Assembly: GCF_009914755.1 (NCBI RefSeq)
Contig: NC_060930.1
Source: the human T2T-CHM13v2.0 reference genome, Homo sapiens
Reading direction: 5' to 3' (one strand)
DNA: 64,000 nt
Shown here: positions 29,631 through 49,893 of the stretch, piece by piece
Position numbering within the stretch: the first letter of the stretch is position 1
Layout: every line of letters begins with the position of its first letter
Position numbers and translations under genes: made by a program
Notes under the pieces: generated by a model
Databases searched by the model: none
Told to the model about the DNA's origin: nothing
What the model saw: the letters and a program-made list of their open reading frames with translations, nothing else

Positions 29631-30715
29631 TACCTTGGCTTCATCCCTACTCCTTTGTACTCTTCATACTCTCTTATAGGACTTTAATTCCTTATCACCT
29701 TATACCCCAGATTCACTTCTTTTTCTCACCCAAGTCTCAAATTTCTAGCATCAATGCTTGGCTTCATGATCTGCTACTGGCCCATGTCACCTTATGCCAT
29801 CCTCCAAATGTCTCGCTTGGTTTCCAGTCCTCTACCTTCCTGCACTCTTTCTACCTCCACTCATCTCCCTCCTTTTTGGCATCTACCACTATGGTCAGTG
29901 AGATTACCCTGGTGCAGCCCTCACCTGTTGCCAAGCAGAAACTCAAGAAATAGCCAACTTGGGAACTTATTTCAACAGGGGCATTTCACTTTACACTAGA
30001 CTCTGCATTCCACTTTATTCTGGACCCTGCTCACTGAGGATCAGTATAAACGTCACGTTCATTGTTGTATCCCCAGAATCCATCACAATGTCATACATAT
30101 TAGATTTTCAATCCAATACTCACTGGATGAATTTCAATGACAGTAACAAATGTACTTTTGCCATTTGCCCACATAATTAGACAAACAATTTTGATGTGTT
30201 GGTAAGACACAGTCACCCTCTCTGATATTTACCCTCCTGCTTTGCACTTCGCAGGCATAGCCATATTGTGCAGTACAGACTGTGCACACAGCGAACTCCA
30301 TGGGTTTATCAAAACTTCATTAAATGACCTTTTCAGTGAGCAAACAGCCTGATGGAAACCATGAAGCTACCCTGAGATCATCATCAAATCCTAAGTTTCC
30401 TCAAAGATAAATTGGAGAAGGCTCAGAAGATTTGTTAAAAGATAATTAAGAAATAGAAAAAATAAGAAATAAAATCAGGCTAAGATGTTGTGAGAACGCC
30501 TATTAGATTAATTCCCTAAAACCTCTATTTTCTTAAACTAGCTTGTATTAGTTTGTTGGGGTCGTTACAACAAAATACTATAGACTAGGTGTATACAAAA
30601 AAACAACAAAAATGTATTTCTTACAGTTCGTGAGGCTGGTAAGTCAAAGATCAAGGCACCAGCAGACTTGGTGTCCGGTGAGGGCCCACTTTCTCATAAA
30701 TGGTGCCTTCTCTAT

Positions 30716-31518
<803 letters not shown>

Positions 31519-32239
31519 AACTGAGCTTCTTTTTTAAGGGCCCTAAAAACTCCCATTTGTGAGGTCTCTGGCCCCTTGATCTAATTACCTCTCTAACGGC
31601 CCCACCTCTTAATATCATCATCTTGGGGCTTGGGACTTCAACATGAATTTTTTCGGGGTGGGGAGACACAAAAATTCAGATTATATAGCATAGCTGTAGT
31701 AAGATTCTGAAACTTGCCACCAAATATCCCTATCTAAGACAAAGATGTATGAGTAAATGTCCCATAATATATGATTCCTTGGGAAACACTTAACAAAACG
31801 GTATGGATAATTTAATTCTATTCCTGTACACAGAGAGTGAAATATCTGGGGTATTTTTTAATTAACACATATAAAATAAATGCAGTAAAGTGCACCAATC
31901 TGAAGTATTCAGCTTGATACATTTTTACTTTGTATATGCACATGTGATTGCCAACAAGATAAACATATAGTACATTTCCAGGACTCCGGAAGACTTTCTC
32001 AAGTCCCTTCTCTGAAGAATCCTTCACAGAACATTTAGTGGGCACCCTACTGAGGAGATTTTAGGTGCATTTTCAGTTTTTTCTTTATACTATTCTGTTG
32101 CTCAAGTTTTCTTCATGAGTATTACTTGTATCATCAGAAAAAATAATAAAGCCACCTTTTTGTAGACTTTTTGGACAGCAGTACTACTGAGAACTTCAGG
32201 CAGCTGAATGCCTGAATCCAGCATTTCAATGTTTAACTC

Positions 32240-32865
<626 letters not shown>

Positions 32866-33501
32866 AACTCCTTTATTTTTCTTGTTTTTCTTTGTATATT
32901 TTTTGCTCTCCTTTTTCTCCTCCCTAATACTTAGCAAATCTTTTCTTTCTAGCAGTGTAATCTGTTCACTGTGAGGGCAATACATACATGCTTCCTAAGC
33001 CTTATAGAAGGAGCAGCATATTCCAGTGGCTGGGCATTGTATGGCCATCTGAAATCGGAGTGGAATGAGCCCAGTCGAGAACGAGACACAAAGTCAGGAG
33101 GAAAGATATTAAAATGGACGCTTTTATTACGGACAACAGCAGATTGGAGAAGGCAGCTTGGATCTGCAGCCCCAGTCCACCTCCAAGTACCGATGGCCAT
33201 GAGTTCAGTTCACACACTTGTAAACCCACCTCCCTGCAGAGACAGCACCCTTGTCAGGAAGCACTTCACCACATCAGCGACAAAGGCATGCGGCTTCAGG
33301 ACACACTGCTTCCAGGGACAGGGAACCAGGCTGTTGAGCACTCAGTGCTTCTCCCAGTCTCACCAGACAGATAAGGCACCAGGTGAAGGTGGATGAGAAA
33401 AGGGCAGAAGTTATCCTCCTAATGTTTCTAAACTTCCCTTTAAAGGAACTGAAATGCAAGTTTTCTTATGCGCAAACACGAAGATTTAGAAATATGGTTC
33501 C

Positions 33502-33828
33502 AGGCCAAATGTGTGGCTCATGGCTGTAATCCCAGTACTTCGGGAAGCCAAGGAGGTAGGATTGCTTCAGCCCAGGAGTTCAAGACCAGCCTGGGCAACA
33601 TAGTGAGATCCCATATCTACAAAAACTAAAGTAGTTAGCCGGGCATAGTGGTGCACACCTGTAGTCCCAGCTACTCAAGAAGCTGAGGTGGGAGGATTAC
33701 TTGGGCTCCAGAGGCCAAGGCTGCAGTAAGCTGTGATTGCACCAGTACACTCTAGCCTGGGCAACAGGGCAAGACCCTATCTCAAAAAAAAAAAAAAAGA
33801 AAGAAAAAGAAAAAGAAAAGAAAAGAAA
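33502..33828 (+). mobile_element. AluJ
   Basis: TSD agaaatatggttcc. Confidence 0.94.
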
Positions 33829-33938
33829 GAAATATGGTTCCCCCAACACTCTGGAGGCATAGGCATGGCTGACTAAATGATTCTTAATGTTTCCATAAAT
33901 TTAGATTCCATGATTCCAGAAGAAAGAAACTTGGCCTT

Positions 33939-34293
<355 letters not shown>

Positions 34294-35040
34294 TTATAAA
34301 TAAATAAACAAGAAAACAATTAAGTGCAGTGAGATTAAAAGGAACTTTAAAGTGTTGTGTGGAACCTTGTAATTAGAGAACATCTTCATTCATACATGGG
34401 GGGAACCCACTGGGCATGTCTGCATTATTGAAAAGCCGCAACAAAGAGAAACTGGCTTACTAGTAACTAATCCCTTTTCTGTCTGAACTTCCAAACTCAT
34501 CTTAATCTCATTGTCAGGACCTTAGATGATTAGTCACTGGAATTTCTAAGTCAAGTGCAGTTGGCAGTAGACTAAATGCTGAAGCTAAAATTCCCACCAA
34601 GACTGTTTTTATAACCTGTGAGACACATTCAAACAACTCAGGACCCATTTCCTGAAAGGATATTCTCAACTTTCCAGCTACTCTGCAAACTTAAAATTGG
34701 ACTCAGCCTTCAACTGGAGAGTATGAGGATTCCGAAAAGGAAATAATTTTTTTCTTCAAGTAAAAAACCTCAGGGCGGGCTGGGAAGGGGAAAAGTTTAC
34801 TTGATAACGACTTGCTTCCCTTTCAAAGATTTCTCAAAAAGACTTTATGCATATTTATTTACTTATGATGTGTTTTGTAAGTAAACATCTTTTTACTGAA
34901 GTATTGCATCCATGTAGAGAAGTGCACAATTCCTGAGTGAACTTGAGGAATTTTTTAGAATGAACACGTTTGTGTAACCAGACCCAAATCAAGGTGTAGA
35001 ACATCACCAGCACTGCCAAAACTCCCCATTGCTCCCTCCT

Positions 35041-35431
35041 TTTCTTTTTCTTTTTTTTAAATTATACTTTAAGTTCTAGGGTACAAGTGCACAACGTACA
35101 GGTTTGTTACATAGGTATACACGTGCCATGGTGGTTTGCTGCACCCATCAACCCGTCATCTACATTAGGTATTTCTCCTAATGCTATCCCTCCCCCAGCC
35201 ACCTACCCCACGACAGGCCCCAGTATGTGATGTTCCCCTCCCTGTGTCCATGTGTTCTCATTGATCAACTCCCACTTATGAGTGAGAACATGCAGTGTGT
35301 GGTTTTCTGTTCCTGTGTTAGTTTGCTGAGAATGATGGTTTCCAGTGTCATCCATGTCCCTGCAAAGGACATGAACTCATCCTTTTTTATGGCTGCGTAG
35401 TATTCCATGGTGTATATGTGCCACATTTTCT
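35041..35431 (-). mobile_element. 5'-truncated L1PA 3' end
   Basis: attatactttaagttctagggtaca...; TSD ttgctccctcc (35029-35039 / 35432-35442). Confidence 0.93.
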
Positions 35432-35571
35432 TTGCTCCCTCCGTTTCATCACCGTTTCCCAACGGTCCACTACTCTGACCTCTGATACCATATACTAAAT
35501 TTGCCTGCTTTTGAACGTTATATAACTGCAGTATGTTCTTTTGCGTGTCAGAATGCTTTTGCTTCATGCTA

Positions 35572-37936
<2,365 letters not shown>

Positions 37937-38804
37937 TATTTGGGAGATTCATCCATGTAATAGTGGCAATTCCTTAATTCTTATTACTGCTTAGTATTCC
38001 ATTGTATGAACATGGCACAATTTATTTATTTATTTATTTACTCTACTGATGATGTATTCATTTGGACAGTTTCTAGTTTGGAGTTATTATACATAGGGCC
38101 ACGGTGTATACTCTAGAACATGCCCCTTGATGAACACTGGTGCACATTGCTATCAGGCATATCCTAAGGAGTCAGCCATAGGTCACTAAGTTTGTGGTAA
38201 CTTGTTACAACGGCATAGGAAACACAATAGAATCACCTTTCTGTATGTTTATTGGCCACATGGATATCCTCTTTTGTTAGAAGCTTGCCTGATTAAGTCT
38301 TTTGTTCACTTTAAAAAATTACGTTGTCTTTCTTTTTCTTTTGCTTTATGGAAGTTCTTTGCATATTCTTCATTCAATCTTTTATAGATGATACTTATAT
38401 TCTCCCATTCCGCTGCTGATTTCTTTTATTCTCATAATAGTATGTTTTGATAAGTTCTCAACTCTAATCATGTCCAATGTATCTATCTTTTCCTTTACGG
38501 TTAGAGATTTTTCCACGCTTTTAAGAACACCGTCCTACAAGGTCGTAAAGACATTTGCATGCTGTTTTCTTCAAACTTTATTTTCTTAACCCATCTGAAA
38601 TCGATATTTGGGTCTCATGCAAAGTAAGTGGCAAGATTTCCTTTTTTCCATATAGATACTCAATTGATCTAGCATCATTTATTTAAAATAGCATCTTTTC
38701 CTCACTGTATCACAGTGACCTTTGTCATACATCAGGTGACCACATATGTATAGATCTGTTTCTGGACTCTTTGTTTTATTGATCTACTTTTCCATCTTCA
38801 CACC

Positions 38805-39710
<906 letters not shown>

Positions 39711-40303
39711 TTATCAATACCATACTGCCTTAGTTACTATAACTTTACAGTCATGAAAGCTGGCAGTGGAAGTTTGCAACTTTGTTCTTCTTTAAGATGG
39801 CCCTGCCTATTTTTTCCCCTTGAATTTCCATATCAATTTTAAGATCAACTCAATTTCCACCAAATTAAACCTGCAGGGATTTTTATTAGAATGTTATTTG
39901 CTCTCTAAGTCTATTTTGAAGAATTTATATTTCAGCAATTTTGAGTCTTCTAATCCACTAACAGGACATATTAGACCTTCTTTCATTTCTCTCAATTCTA
40001 TGAATAATATTTTGTATTTTTTTTCTTTTGGTGAGAAAGTCTTGTATTTCATTTATTAAATTTATTACAAGGCATTTGGTAGTTTCTATGCTAATGTAAA
40101 TCTTATTTTTTGTTTCTATTTTCCAGTTGTGTTTTTTGCTGTTTTGTAGAAATATAAATGATTTTTGTATATTGACTTTATATCCAGCAACTTAATAAAT
40201 TTGTTATTAATCCTAATAGTTTAACCACAGAGCCTTTTGCTCTGTTATTAAACAACCATGTAGTCCATGAACAACGACAGATTGTTTCTTCCTTTTTAAT
40301 CGT

Positions 40304-40701
40304 TGTTATGGGCTGAATTGTATTCCCCCAAAATTCATCTGTTTTGACTCTTCCATCCAGAAGCCAGGCATCCCTTCTCTCTCTTTAGACTTTAGATTTC
40401 TCAACTGAGAATCACAGAACAAGCAGTCGGCTGACAGCCCAAACTGAGAGACCCCACTGAGGCCCCCGCTTAGGAAGCTTGGCGAGAGGGACAGGCATCT
40501 CCGAGACTTCCACTCAGCAGGGCGTGGGGAGGCACATGGACTACCCACATCTAAGATCGTTGAGTCTGCTTTCTTCTTATCCTTTTATATCCTTAGTGAG
40601 GTGGGGGCTTCTAGCCTTCAGGACTCTGAGGAAATAAATTTTGGTTGTTTCAACCATCCAGTATTTAGTCCTTCATATGGCAGCCCTGGATGACTAATAC
40701 A
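40304..40701 (+). mobile_element. MLT1B/C-type LTR whose interior (~40345-40611) is replaced by an inverted copy of 41768-42008
   Basis: MLT1 5' end tgttatgggctgaattgt and 3' end ...gactaataca are intact; the interior aligns to the reverse complement of 41768-42008. Confidence 0.8.
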
Positions 40702-40763
40702 GTCATCAGACTTTGTAACTCACAGTAATTGAAGCACATACTACATGCCAGGCACTGGGCTGA

Positions 40764-41053
<290 letters not shown>

Positions 41054-41496
41054 CATGTGCTTTTAAAAAAATTCCTCACAATATCCAAAAAGAAATGTAT
41101 GATTTTTTCAATTTTACAAACAAAGAGCTAGACCCTGAGAGGTTAAGAAGTGTGTCTAAGTCACATAGAACTAGACAGCAAACTCAAAGCTCATGACTTG
41201 CTGCTTTCCTATTCTATCTTCCTACAAGTGTCCAACACAGTTATTCTGACTTCAATCACTGCCCTTTACTTGACTGAAAAAAAAAAATTTCTCTGTTGGG
41301 GAATTTATATATGTATATGCATATATATCATATATATTAATATATGTAACATATATGCATGTATATATACACATACATGCAGATATATATTCATCAACAT
41401 AGAAAAAATAATTTTTTCAATTAAATAAAGGGCAAATGACTGCAGTCAGAATAATTGTGTTTTACAGCTCTAGGAAGATAGAATAGGAATAGTAGT

Positions 41497-41548
41497 GTAT
41501 ATATATATATATAGTATTGTATGTATATATATATAGTACTATATATAT

Positions 41549-41594
<46 letters not shown>
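41497..41594. repeat. (TA)n/(AC)21 compound microsatellite
   Basis: Direct read. Confidence 0.97.
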
Positions 41595-41596
<2 letters not shown>

Positions 41597-41616
41597 CCTA
41601 TCTTTGGCTAGGTCAG

Positions 41617-41707
41617 CCAGACCTATCTCAAGATATAATAGATATGCCAGAGTGACTTATCTTATCACCCAGACTTATCTCAAGATATAATAGATATGCC
41701 AGAGTGA
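41617..41707 (+). repeat. 39-bp near-tandem duplication
   Basis: 41617-41655 and 41669-41707, one mismatch. Confidence 0.95.
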
Positions 41708-41709
41708 AG

Positions 41710-43000
41710 TATCAAACAAGATACAGATTTCTAAAGGATTTCACACAAAAACAGGCATATAACTTTGAATCCCTCACCTCTCTAAGGATTTAAAAGAGAG
41801 GAGATTGGAATATTTCAGATGTGGGTGTTCCCTCTGCCCACTCCCACCCCCTGCCAAGCTGCCAAGTGGCAGCACTGGAGATGCCCATCCTTCTCCCCAA
41901 GCCCCTTGGGATCTCCCAGTTTGGGCTGTCAGCTGACTGTTTTCTGATCTCTGCTGAGAAATCTCAAGTGAGAGAGAAGAGATGGCTGGCTAAGATGGAA
42001 GAGCTAAAGAAGTGGTGGTGGGGTTGGGTCACCAGTGGTTACAGAATTTAGGGAGCAAAGATGAGTTCATGTTTTCTAAGGCATAGATGTGGGCCTCATA
42101 TGAGGGGGTTATTTTAGGTCCTACCCAGAAGGGTAAACTACAGGGGCAAAAATAGCTCCACAAAGAAAAGAAGTAATTGTCAGATTTCTAGCCCCCAAGG
42201 GAATAAGCAAGCAGCTAGCCTGGAGATTTATTCTCTACGTGTGAGAGGAGAATGGAGTGAGGGTGACATAGAGTGAGTCTTAAAACCCGACAGCCCAGGA
42301 AATGCTGTGCCGCTCGTGACAGTCCCTGATGAGAAAAGACTTGTTTGCTCCCTGCCTCTTCCCTATCTCACCTTCACAGTAGCAAATTAAGGGGAGAAGT
42401 TAAGAGTAAGGAGGGGGCTGAGCGTGGTGGCTTATGCCTGTTATCCCAGCACTTTGAGTGGCAGAGGGAGGCGGATCACCTGAGGTCAGGAATTCGAGAC
42501 CAGCCTGGCCAATATAGTGAAACCCCATTTCTACTAAAAATACAAAAATTAGCCGGGCGTGGTGGCAGGCGCCTGTAATCCCAGCTACTTGGGAGATTGA
42601 GGCAGGAGAATTGTTTGACCCCAGGAAGTGGAGGTTGCAGGAATCCAAGATCGCATCACTGCACTCCAGCCTGGGTGATAGAGCGAGACTCCATCTCAAA
42701 AGAAAAAAAAAAAAAAAAAAGAGGAAGGAGGAAAAGAAGGAAAGCCAGCCACACCTTCTAGTCACCTGGGGGCCTTCCCCCAGGCTCCCGCCTTAGGGGG
42801 AAGGGAGTTCCCGTGTGGGGGTAGGGAGTGGAGGGGGAAGACAGAGGTGCCTCAAATTTAAATCAGTTTGAAAGTTTTGATTAATGCATGAGGGTGAACA
42901 CATTAATTACTAAATCAGGATTTTTTGTAATACCTAGAAATTAGAAAAGTCATCTGGGACAGAAAAAAACTAGCCTCATTCAACAAATTTAATAGATATT
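41710..43000 (+). mobile_element. LTR78-like ancient LTR interrupted by AluS (42416-42720)
   Basis: The 3' part (gtttgaaagttttgatta...aaaagtcat...actagcctcattcaacaaattta) matches recalled LTR78; the 5' boundary is uncertain. Confidence 0.55.
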
Positions 43001-43029
43001 TTAAAAAGATGATTCGAAACTACAAGATA

Positions 43030-43895
<866 letters not shown>

Positions 43896-44994
43896 CCTAT
43901 GTGGGGTCAGAGGTAGGGAGGCATAGATAAAACGAGATAGCAATAGATTCTTAATGATTGAAGCCGGAGGATGGGTGATGGAATTGTGGAGTAATTTGAC
44001 AACTAGGTACCTACCCAAGGTGCCTATATACTATTATACGATTCCTTCTATTTCTATATATGTTTGAAATTTTTCATAGTATAAAGTTAAAAGATAATGA
44101 GTTATGAAATTAAAATTGCTTTATAAAGACACACTTGATTAACTATTTAATATAATCCAATATAATTATTATATGTACATTTAATTTTTAAGCCATTCCA
44201 TTAAAGGTGGCAGTATTCAACAGAAAATTGGCCAAGGAGATGCAAATGACTGCTGTTAGCTAGATCTATATTTATATGTTGTGCCTGACAACTTTAATAG
44301 GCCTAATACAACTCAAAAATCACGGTGTCAAGAAATCACAAAGCTAAAAGAGACCTGGAGTGGTCACCAGATGGTCTCAGCTCCTGAAAGTGTCTCACAC
44401 AATAAAGCTAACTTTTCCATTTTAAATATTTAGAGCTGTACATAGCAGAGTTATTCAAAATCTTTTTGGTATTTTAGATCAACATAATTTGGCCATGTTA
44501 ATGAATATCTTCCTTTAACATAAAAACAGCCAAGATAAACAAAATACATTCAGAAGCCAGAAGCAAGTGATATATCTATGATATGTCTAGCTCTTAATAA
44601 AGAGAAAAAACTAATGAAATAAAATTATTGAGGAATTAAATACTTGCATTATTAGAGAGTTTTTAAAGAGACTTTCTTGAAGACATCATGATATCAAATT
44701 GGCTTGTGGGCCAGATGTACTGAATAGGCAAATTTGATAACTAGAGGAAGGGACTTATCTGGAGGGTTTGCCATGGAATCGTTGGCAGCAAGATAGCACC
44801 ATCTGTTAGAAAGAAGTAATGTCAATCAGCAGTCAAGTATTTTTGATCTATGAGAAAAATCTTAAGTCTTTCTAAAGGGCCCGATAAAGAATCTTGTTAG
44901 AATTAGAAGCCACGAGTTCAGTGGAACAAGTACCAAACTGTGTTTATACATCACATTGCCCCAGGAAACAATCTATTTGTGTAGCCTGGATTGT

Positions 44995-44997
<3 letters not shown>

Positions 44998-45035
<38 letters not shown>

Positions 45036-45041
45036 ATACAC
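44998..45041. repeat. (CA)n microsatellite
   Basis: Direct read. Confidence 0.95.
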
Positions 45042-45447
45042 GAAAAAATCTACAAGTCATTTAATGTCTGAAATGTCTGTGAAATATCACCGCCTTTACT
45101 TCCTTTCACTATTTTAAACTCTGAAACAGCTACTCGTAGCCATGCAGAATGCGTTCCTCTGTCTTCCTGCAAATTTCTAATCTTGATAGTTATTCTACTC
45201 CTGGAAACTGCTACCAAGTCTGATAGGACTGTCAGTAAGTGTTGTACAGGATATTAAAACCCTCTTTCAAAAACATAAATAAATAGACATTCCTATGGCA
45301 ATGTCAACACTTGGAAAAGATGATATGTTTGTTTTGTATTTTGAACAAAATTCCTAGGCTGTTACAATGTGTAAGCATCTAAACGCCAAAATGCCTCAAC
45401 TTCCTACCTGAGCTCAAGAAGTACAAGAAGTGAAAAATGGCATTACC

Positions 45448-45753
<306 letters not shown>

Positions 45754-46274
45754 TTACCACTACTCACAATTATCCAGAAGTCAGTCCTTTAAATCCAAAT
45801 TTTCTTCCCCAACATTTCAAGTTCCTAAAAACAATGTTTTTAAAATCATTTTCTGTGCTAAAAATAGATAAAATGGGTAGTTCCAACCGTGAGCACAGAA
45901 AGTTCTCCAGTTCTTTCCTGGAAAGTATCAGCTATTACGCAAAACCGGTATTTTTAAAACTCTGTGTAACACGTAGTCTTTCTAAAGGTGGAAATTCCTG
46001 TCCTTCAAATGTATGAGCCCTAAATTTATACTTAGTTTTGAAAGAAAATGTTCTGAGTCAATGTACATATACTACAAAAAAGTTCAGGCGTCTTTCATAT
46101 TAAACAAACATACCATAAGAAATCCTCCCAAAATTCTGTCTATAATTTCTGACTCCAACTCGTTAACCATCATCTAATTGCCTGCAGTTATATACTTTCA
46201 GATTCAGTATTGATTCTTCTGTCCTATTGTTCACTCAGCCTGTCCAACTCAGGAAGAACGCGTTTGAAAGAATC

Positions 46275-47016
46275 AATGGAAAAGTTATTTGGCATAAGGG
46301 AATGTCGTGGCTGGTTTGATCTTCCATCCAGACCACTCAAACTTTCTTCATAACAGCAATAAGGCTGTTTTGCTTTCTTATCATTTGTGTGTTCACTGGA
46401 GTAGCACTTCTCATTTCCTTCAAGAGCTTTTCCTTTGCATTCACAACTTGGCTCACTGTTTGGCACAAGAGACCCAGCTTTCAGCCTATCTCGGCTTTGG
46501 ACCTGCCTTCCTCACTAAGCTTAATCATTTTTAGGTTTTGATTCAAAGTGAGAGGCATGTGACCCTTCCTTTCACTTGAACACTTAGAGGCCACTGGAGG
46601 GTTCTTAATTGGGCTAATTTCAATATTGTTATCTCAGGGAACAGGGAGGTCTGAGGAGAGAGAGAGAGATGAGGAAATGCTAGTTGTTGCAGCTGTCAGA
46701 ACACACACATTTATCAGCTAAATCCACTGTCTTATATGGATGCAGTTCGTGGAGGCCCAAAATAATTACAATAGTAAAAACATTAAAGATCACTGATCAC
46801 AGATCCATAGAACAGATATAATAATAGTGAAAACATTGGAAATATTGCAAGAATCACCAAAATGTGACACAGAGACTCAAAGTAAGCACATGCTGTTGGA
46901 ACAATGGCACTGATAGACTGGCTTGACACAGGGTTGCCACAAACCATCAATTTATAAAAACCACAATATTTGTGAAGCACAATACAGCAAAACACAATGA
47001 AAACAGATGTGTTGTG
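46275..47016 (-). mobile_element. Tigger1 5' fragment including a decayed transposase N-terminus
   Basis: Matches recalled Tigger1 (cagaccactcaaactttc...ttcacttgaacacttagaggcc...gggttgccacaaacc). Confidence 0.9.
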
Positions 47017-47019
47017 TAT

Positions 47020-48475
47020 GCGAGGTTTTGTGGTATTTGCCTTTCTGTGCCTGGTTTATTTCACTTAAGGCCTTCCAGTTTCGTTCATGCTGTTGCAAAA
47101 AACAGAATTTCCTTCTTTTTTAAGGCTAAATAGTACCCCATTGTGTAGTATTGTACTAGTTCATTTTCACACTGCTGATAAAGACATACCTGAGACTGGG
47201 TAATTTATAAAGAAAAAGACGTTTAATGGACTCACAGTTCCACATGGCTGGGGAGGCCTCACAATTATGGCAGAAGGCGAAAGGCATGTCTTCCATGGTG
47301 GCAGGCGAAAGAGAACTGGTGCAGGGGAACTCCCCTTTATAAAACCATCAGACCTCATGAGACTTATTCACTATCATGAGAACACCATGGGAAAGACCCA
47401 CCCCCGTGATTCAATTACCTCCCACCAGGTCCTTCCCATGACATGTGGGAATTGTGGGAGCTACAATTCAAGACAAGATTTGGGTGGGGACACAGCCAAA
47501 CCATATCACCTCCATATACCGCATTTTAAAAATTGATTTAAACTTAGATTGATCCCATATCTTGGCTATTGTGAATAGTGCTACAATGAACATGGGAATA
47601 CAGCTATCACTTCAACACACTGATTTCATTTATTTTGCATACATACTCAGTAGGGGGATTGCTAGATCATCATTCTATTTTTAAGGTAATTATAATTTTG
47701 AGGAATCTCCATACTGCTTTCCATAATGGCTATACTAATTTACCTCCCCATTAACAGTGTACAAGGGTTCCCTTTTCTCCATATCCTCTCTAACACTTGT
47801 TATCTTCTGTCTTTTTTATTATACCTGTTCTAACAGGTAAGAGATGATATCTCATTGTGGTTTCAATTCACATTGCTCTGATGATTAGTGATGTTGAGCA
47901 TTTTTCTGTGTACGTATTGGTCATTCGTATATCTTCTTTTAAGAAATGTCTATTCAGATGCTTTGCCCTTCTTTTAATTGGGTTATTTGTTTTCCTACCA
48001 TTGAGTTGTTTGAGTTCCTTATATAGTTTGGATATTGACCCCTCATCACATGTATGCTTTTCAAATGTTTTTGACCATTCTGTAGGTTGTCTCTTCACTC
48101 TTGATAGTTTCCTTGGCTGTGCAGAAGCTTTTTAGTTTGATTACAAGCTAAATTACAATCCCAGTGGTCTACATTTGGTTTTGTTACCTGTGCTTCTGGG
48201 GAGTCATATCCAAAAAAAATTATTGGCCAGACCAATGTCATGGAGCTTTTCTCCTGTGTTTTCTTCTACTAGTTTTACAGTTTCAGGTCTTACAGTTAGG
48301 ACTTTAATCCATTTTGAGTTAATTTTTGTATATGGTGTGAGACAAAGGGCTAATTTAGTTTTTCTGCCTCTGGATATCCAGTTGTTCCAACACCATTTGT
48401 TGAAGAGACTATCCTTTCCCCATTGTGTGTTCTTGTCACCTTTGTCAAAAATCAATTGACCATAAACGTGTGGAT
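47020..48475 (-). mobile_element. L1MA ORF2/3' fragment
   Basis: ORFs 48204-48455 ([22 protein letters not shown]) and 47868-48098 are L1 ORF2 C-terminal remnants. Confidence 0.9.
47152..47508 (-). mobile_element. THE1B-like solo LTR within L1
   Basis: tgtactagttc...cagccaaaccatatca termini. Confidence 0.92.
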
Positions 48476-48837
48476 TAGGAAATGTTAATAACAGTTGCTT
48501 TGCCTCACTCTGAGGCTTGTCAGTTTCTAAAGTGATGTTACATCTTAAAAAAAAAAAAAACAGTTAAACAGTTGAGTGACTTTATTAGAGGGATCACTTG
48601 TTTATGGATATTTGTTGTGAGGCAACACAGATTATAGTATCTTACGGTTTTTTTGAGTCAAATTGTTTTTGACGCTGGTCTACAGTTTCTGCTTTTTATT
48701 TTCTCTTTTTAATTTTCCTCATCTCTATTTAGAGAATCAGAAACTAGTCGATACAACTTATAGGAGATGTCAGGTCAAGGCAAAATTGTAAGCTTCATTC
48801 TCTCTCCTCCAGACATCTCTCTCTTCCTCTGGGTGCC

Positions 48838-49137
48838 TTTTTTTTTTTTTTTTTTTCTGTGACAGGGTCTCTGTCGTGCAGGCTGAAGTGCAATGGCACA
48901 GTCATAAATCACTACAGCCATGATCTCACATGGCCAAGCAATCCTCCCACCTCAGCCTCCAGAGTAGCTGAGACTACAAGCAGGTGCCCCTGCACCTGGC
49001 TTTTTTTTTTTAAAGAGATGGAGTCTCACTGTGTTGTCCAGGCTGACCTCAAACTTCTGCTGGGCTCAAGCAATCCCCTTGCCTTGGCCTCCTGAACTTC
49101 TGGTATTACAAGCATGAGTGAGCCACCATGTCCAGCC
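48838..49137 (-). mobile_element. AluJ
   Basis: Diverged Alu. Confidence 0.9.
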
Positions 49138-49814
49138 CCTTCCTTTTCTTTGATTCTAATTGAGGTGCCTGAAGTCAACTGACATTTGTTATTTTCTCTA
49201 CAGTCCTTTATATCTTTACACCTCAGGATGTGGCTTTCTGTATTTATCAACTTGCCAGTCAACTGGCCTGATAAAATCATGTATGCTAATAAAGGCCTGA
49301 CCTGTCACCTGTGGGGCCTTCTGCCTCCACCTATATCACTAATCAAGAATCAAATGGTTCTGGTTTGGGAACAGATAAGGAGGAAGAACAGTACTTTGGG
49401 AAAGGGGAGCCTGAATCACATTCTGCAAACTGCTACCTTCACAGTCCAGAAGCAGGTGACTGTAGCAATAGCCAAAAGCCCTGGCCAGGCCAGCACAACA
49501 CAGGAGCTGGAAGCATGGCCCAGCCCTGGGAACCAGAGCAGGGGGCAGAAGAATAGCCCCAGCAACTCTGAACACAGAAAAGAAAAACACTGCTTCTCAT
49601 TTCTTTCTCTCGGAGCTAGAAAATGCATGTTTGGTGTCTGCTTGCCAAAAGAAGCTTTTGGAATTTATGTTGCTAGTCTCGAGTTTTGAAGTCTCAAAGG
49701 ATGTGACAGGAATGTTACATGGATTGAGTGCATGTGTGTGTTTGATTTTAAGATGATAACTGTGGGCTCGTTAAGACTTTCTGGTTTTGTGATGTGTAAT
49801 CCTATTGTCATTTT

Positions 49815-49893
49815 TGTTTGGTTTTGATTTTTAATAGGTTTTGATTTTTAATTGGTAATGATTTTTAGTAGATTTTTAATTGGTTTTGATTTA
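49815..49893. repeat. Degenerate ~17-bp minisatellite (ggttttgatttttaat)
   Basis: Four to five imperfect units read directly. Confidence 0.8.

Noticed and set aside
44795-44812. Possible CTCF site (CTAACAGATGGTGCTA on minus); weaker ones near 15015 and 15060
   Set aside because: Several core mismatches; cannot be supported without ChIP data.
46224-48459. Transposase-like and L1 ORF2-like ORFs
   Set aside because: Short frameshifted fossils of Tigger1 and L1MA; not functional.
49186-49689. 167-aa ORF
   Set aside because: Non-ATG start, no recognisable homology, no splice context.
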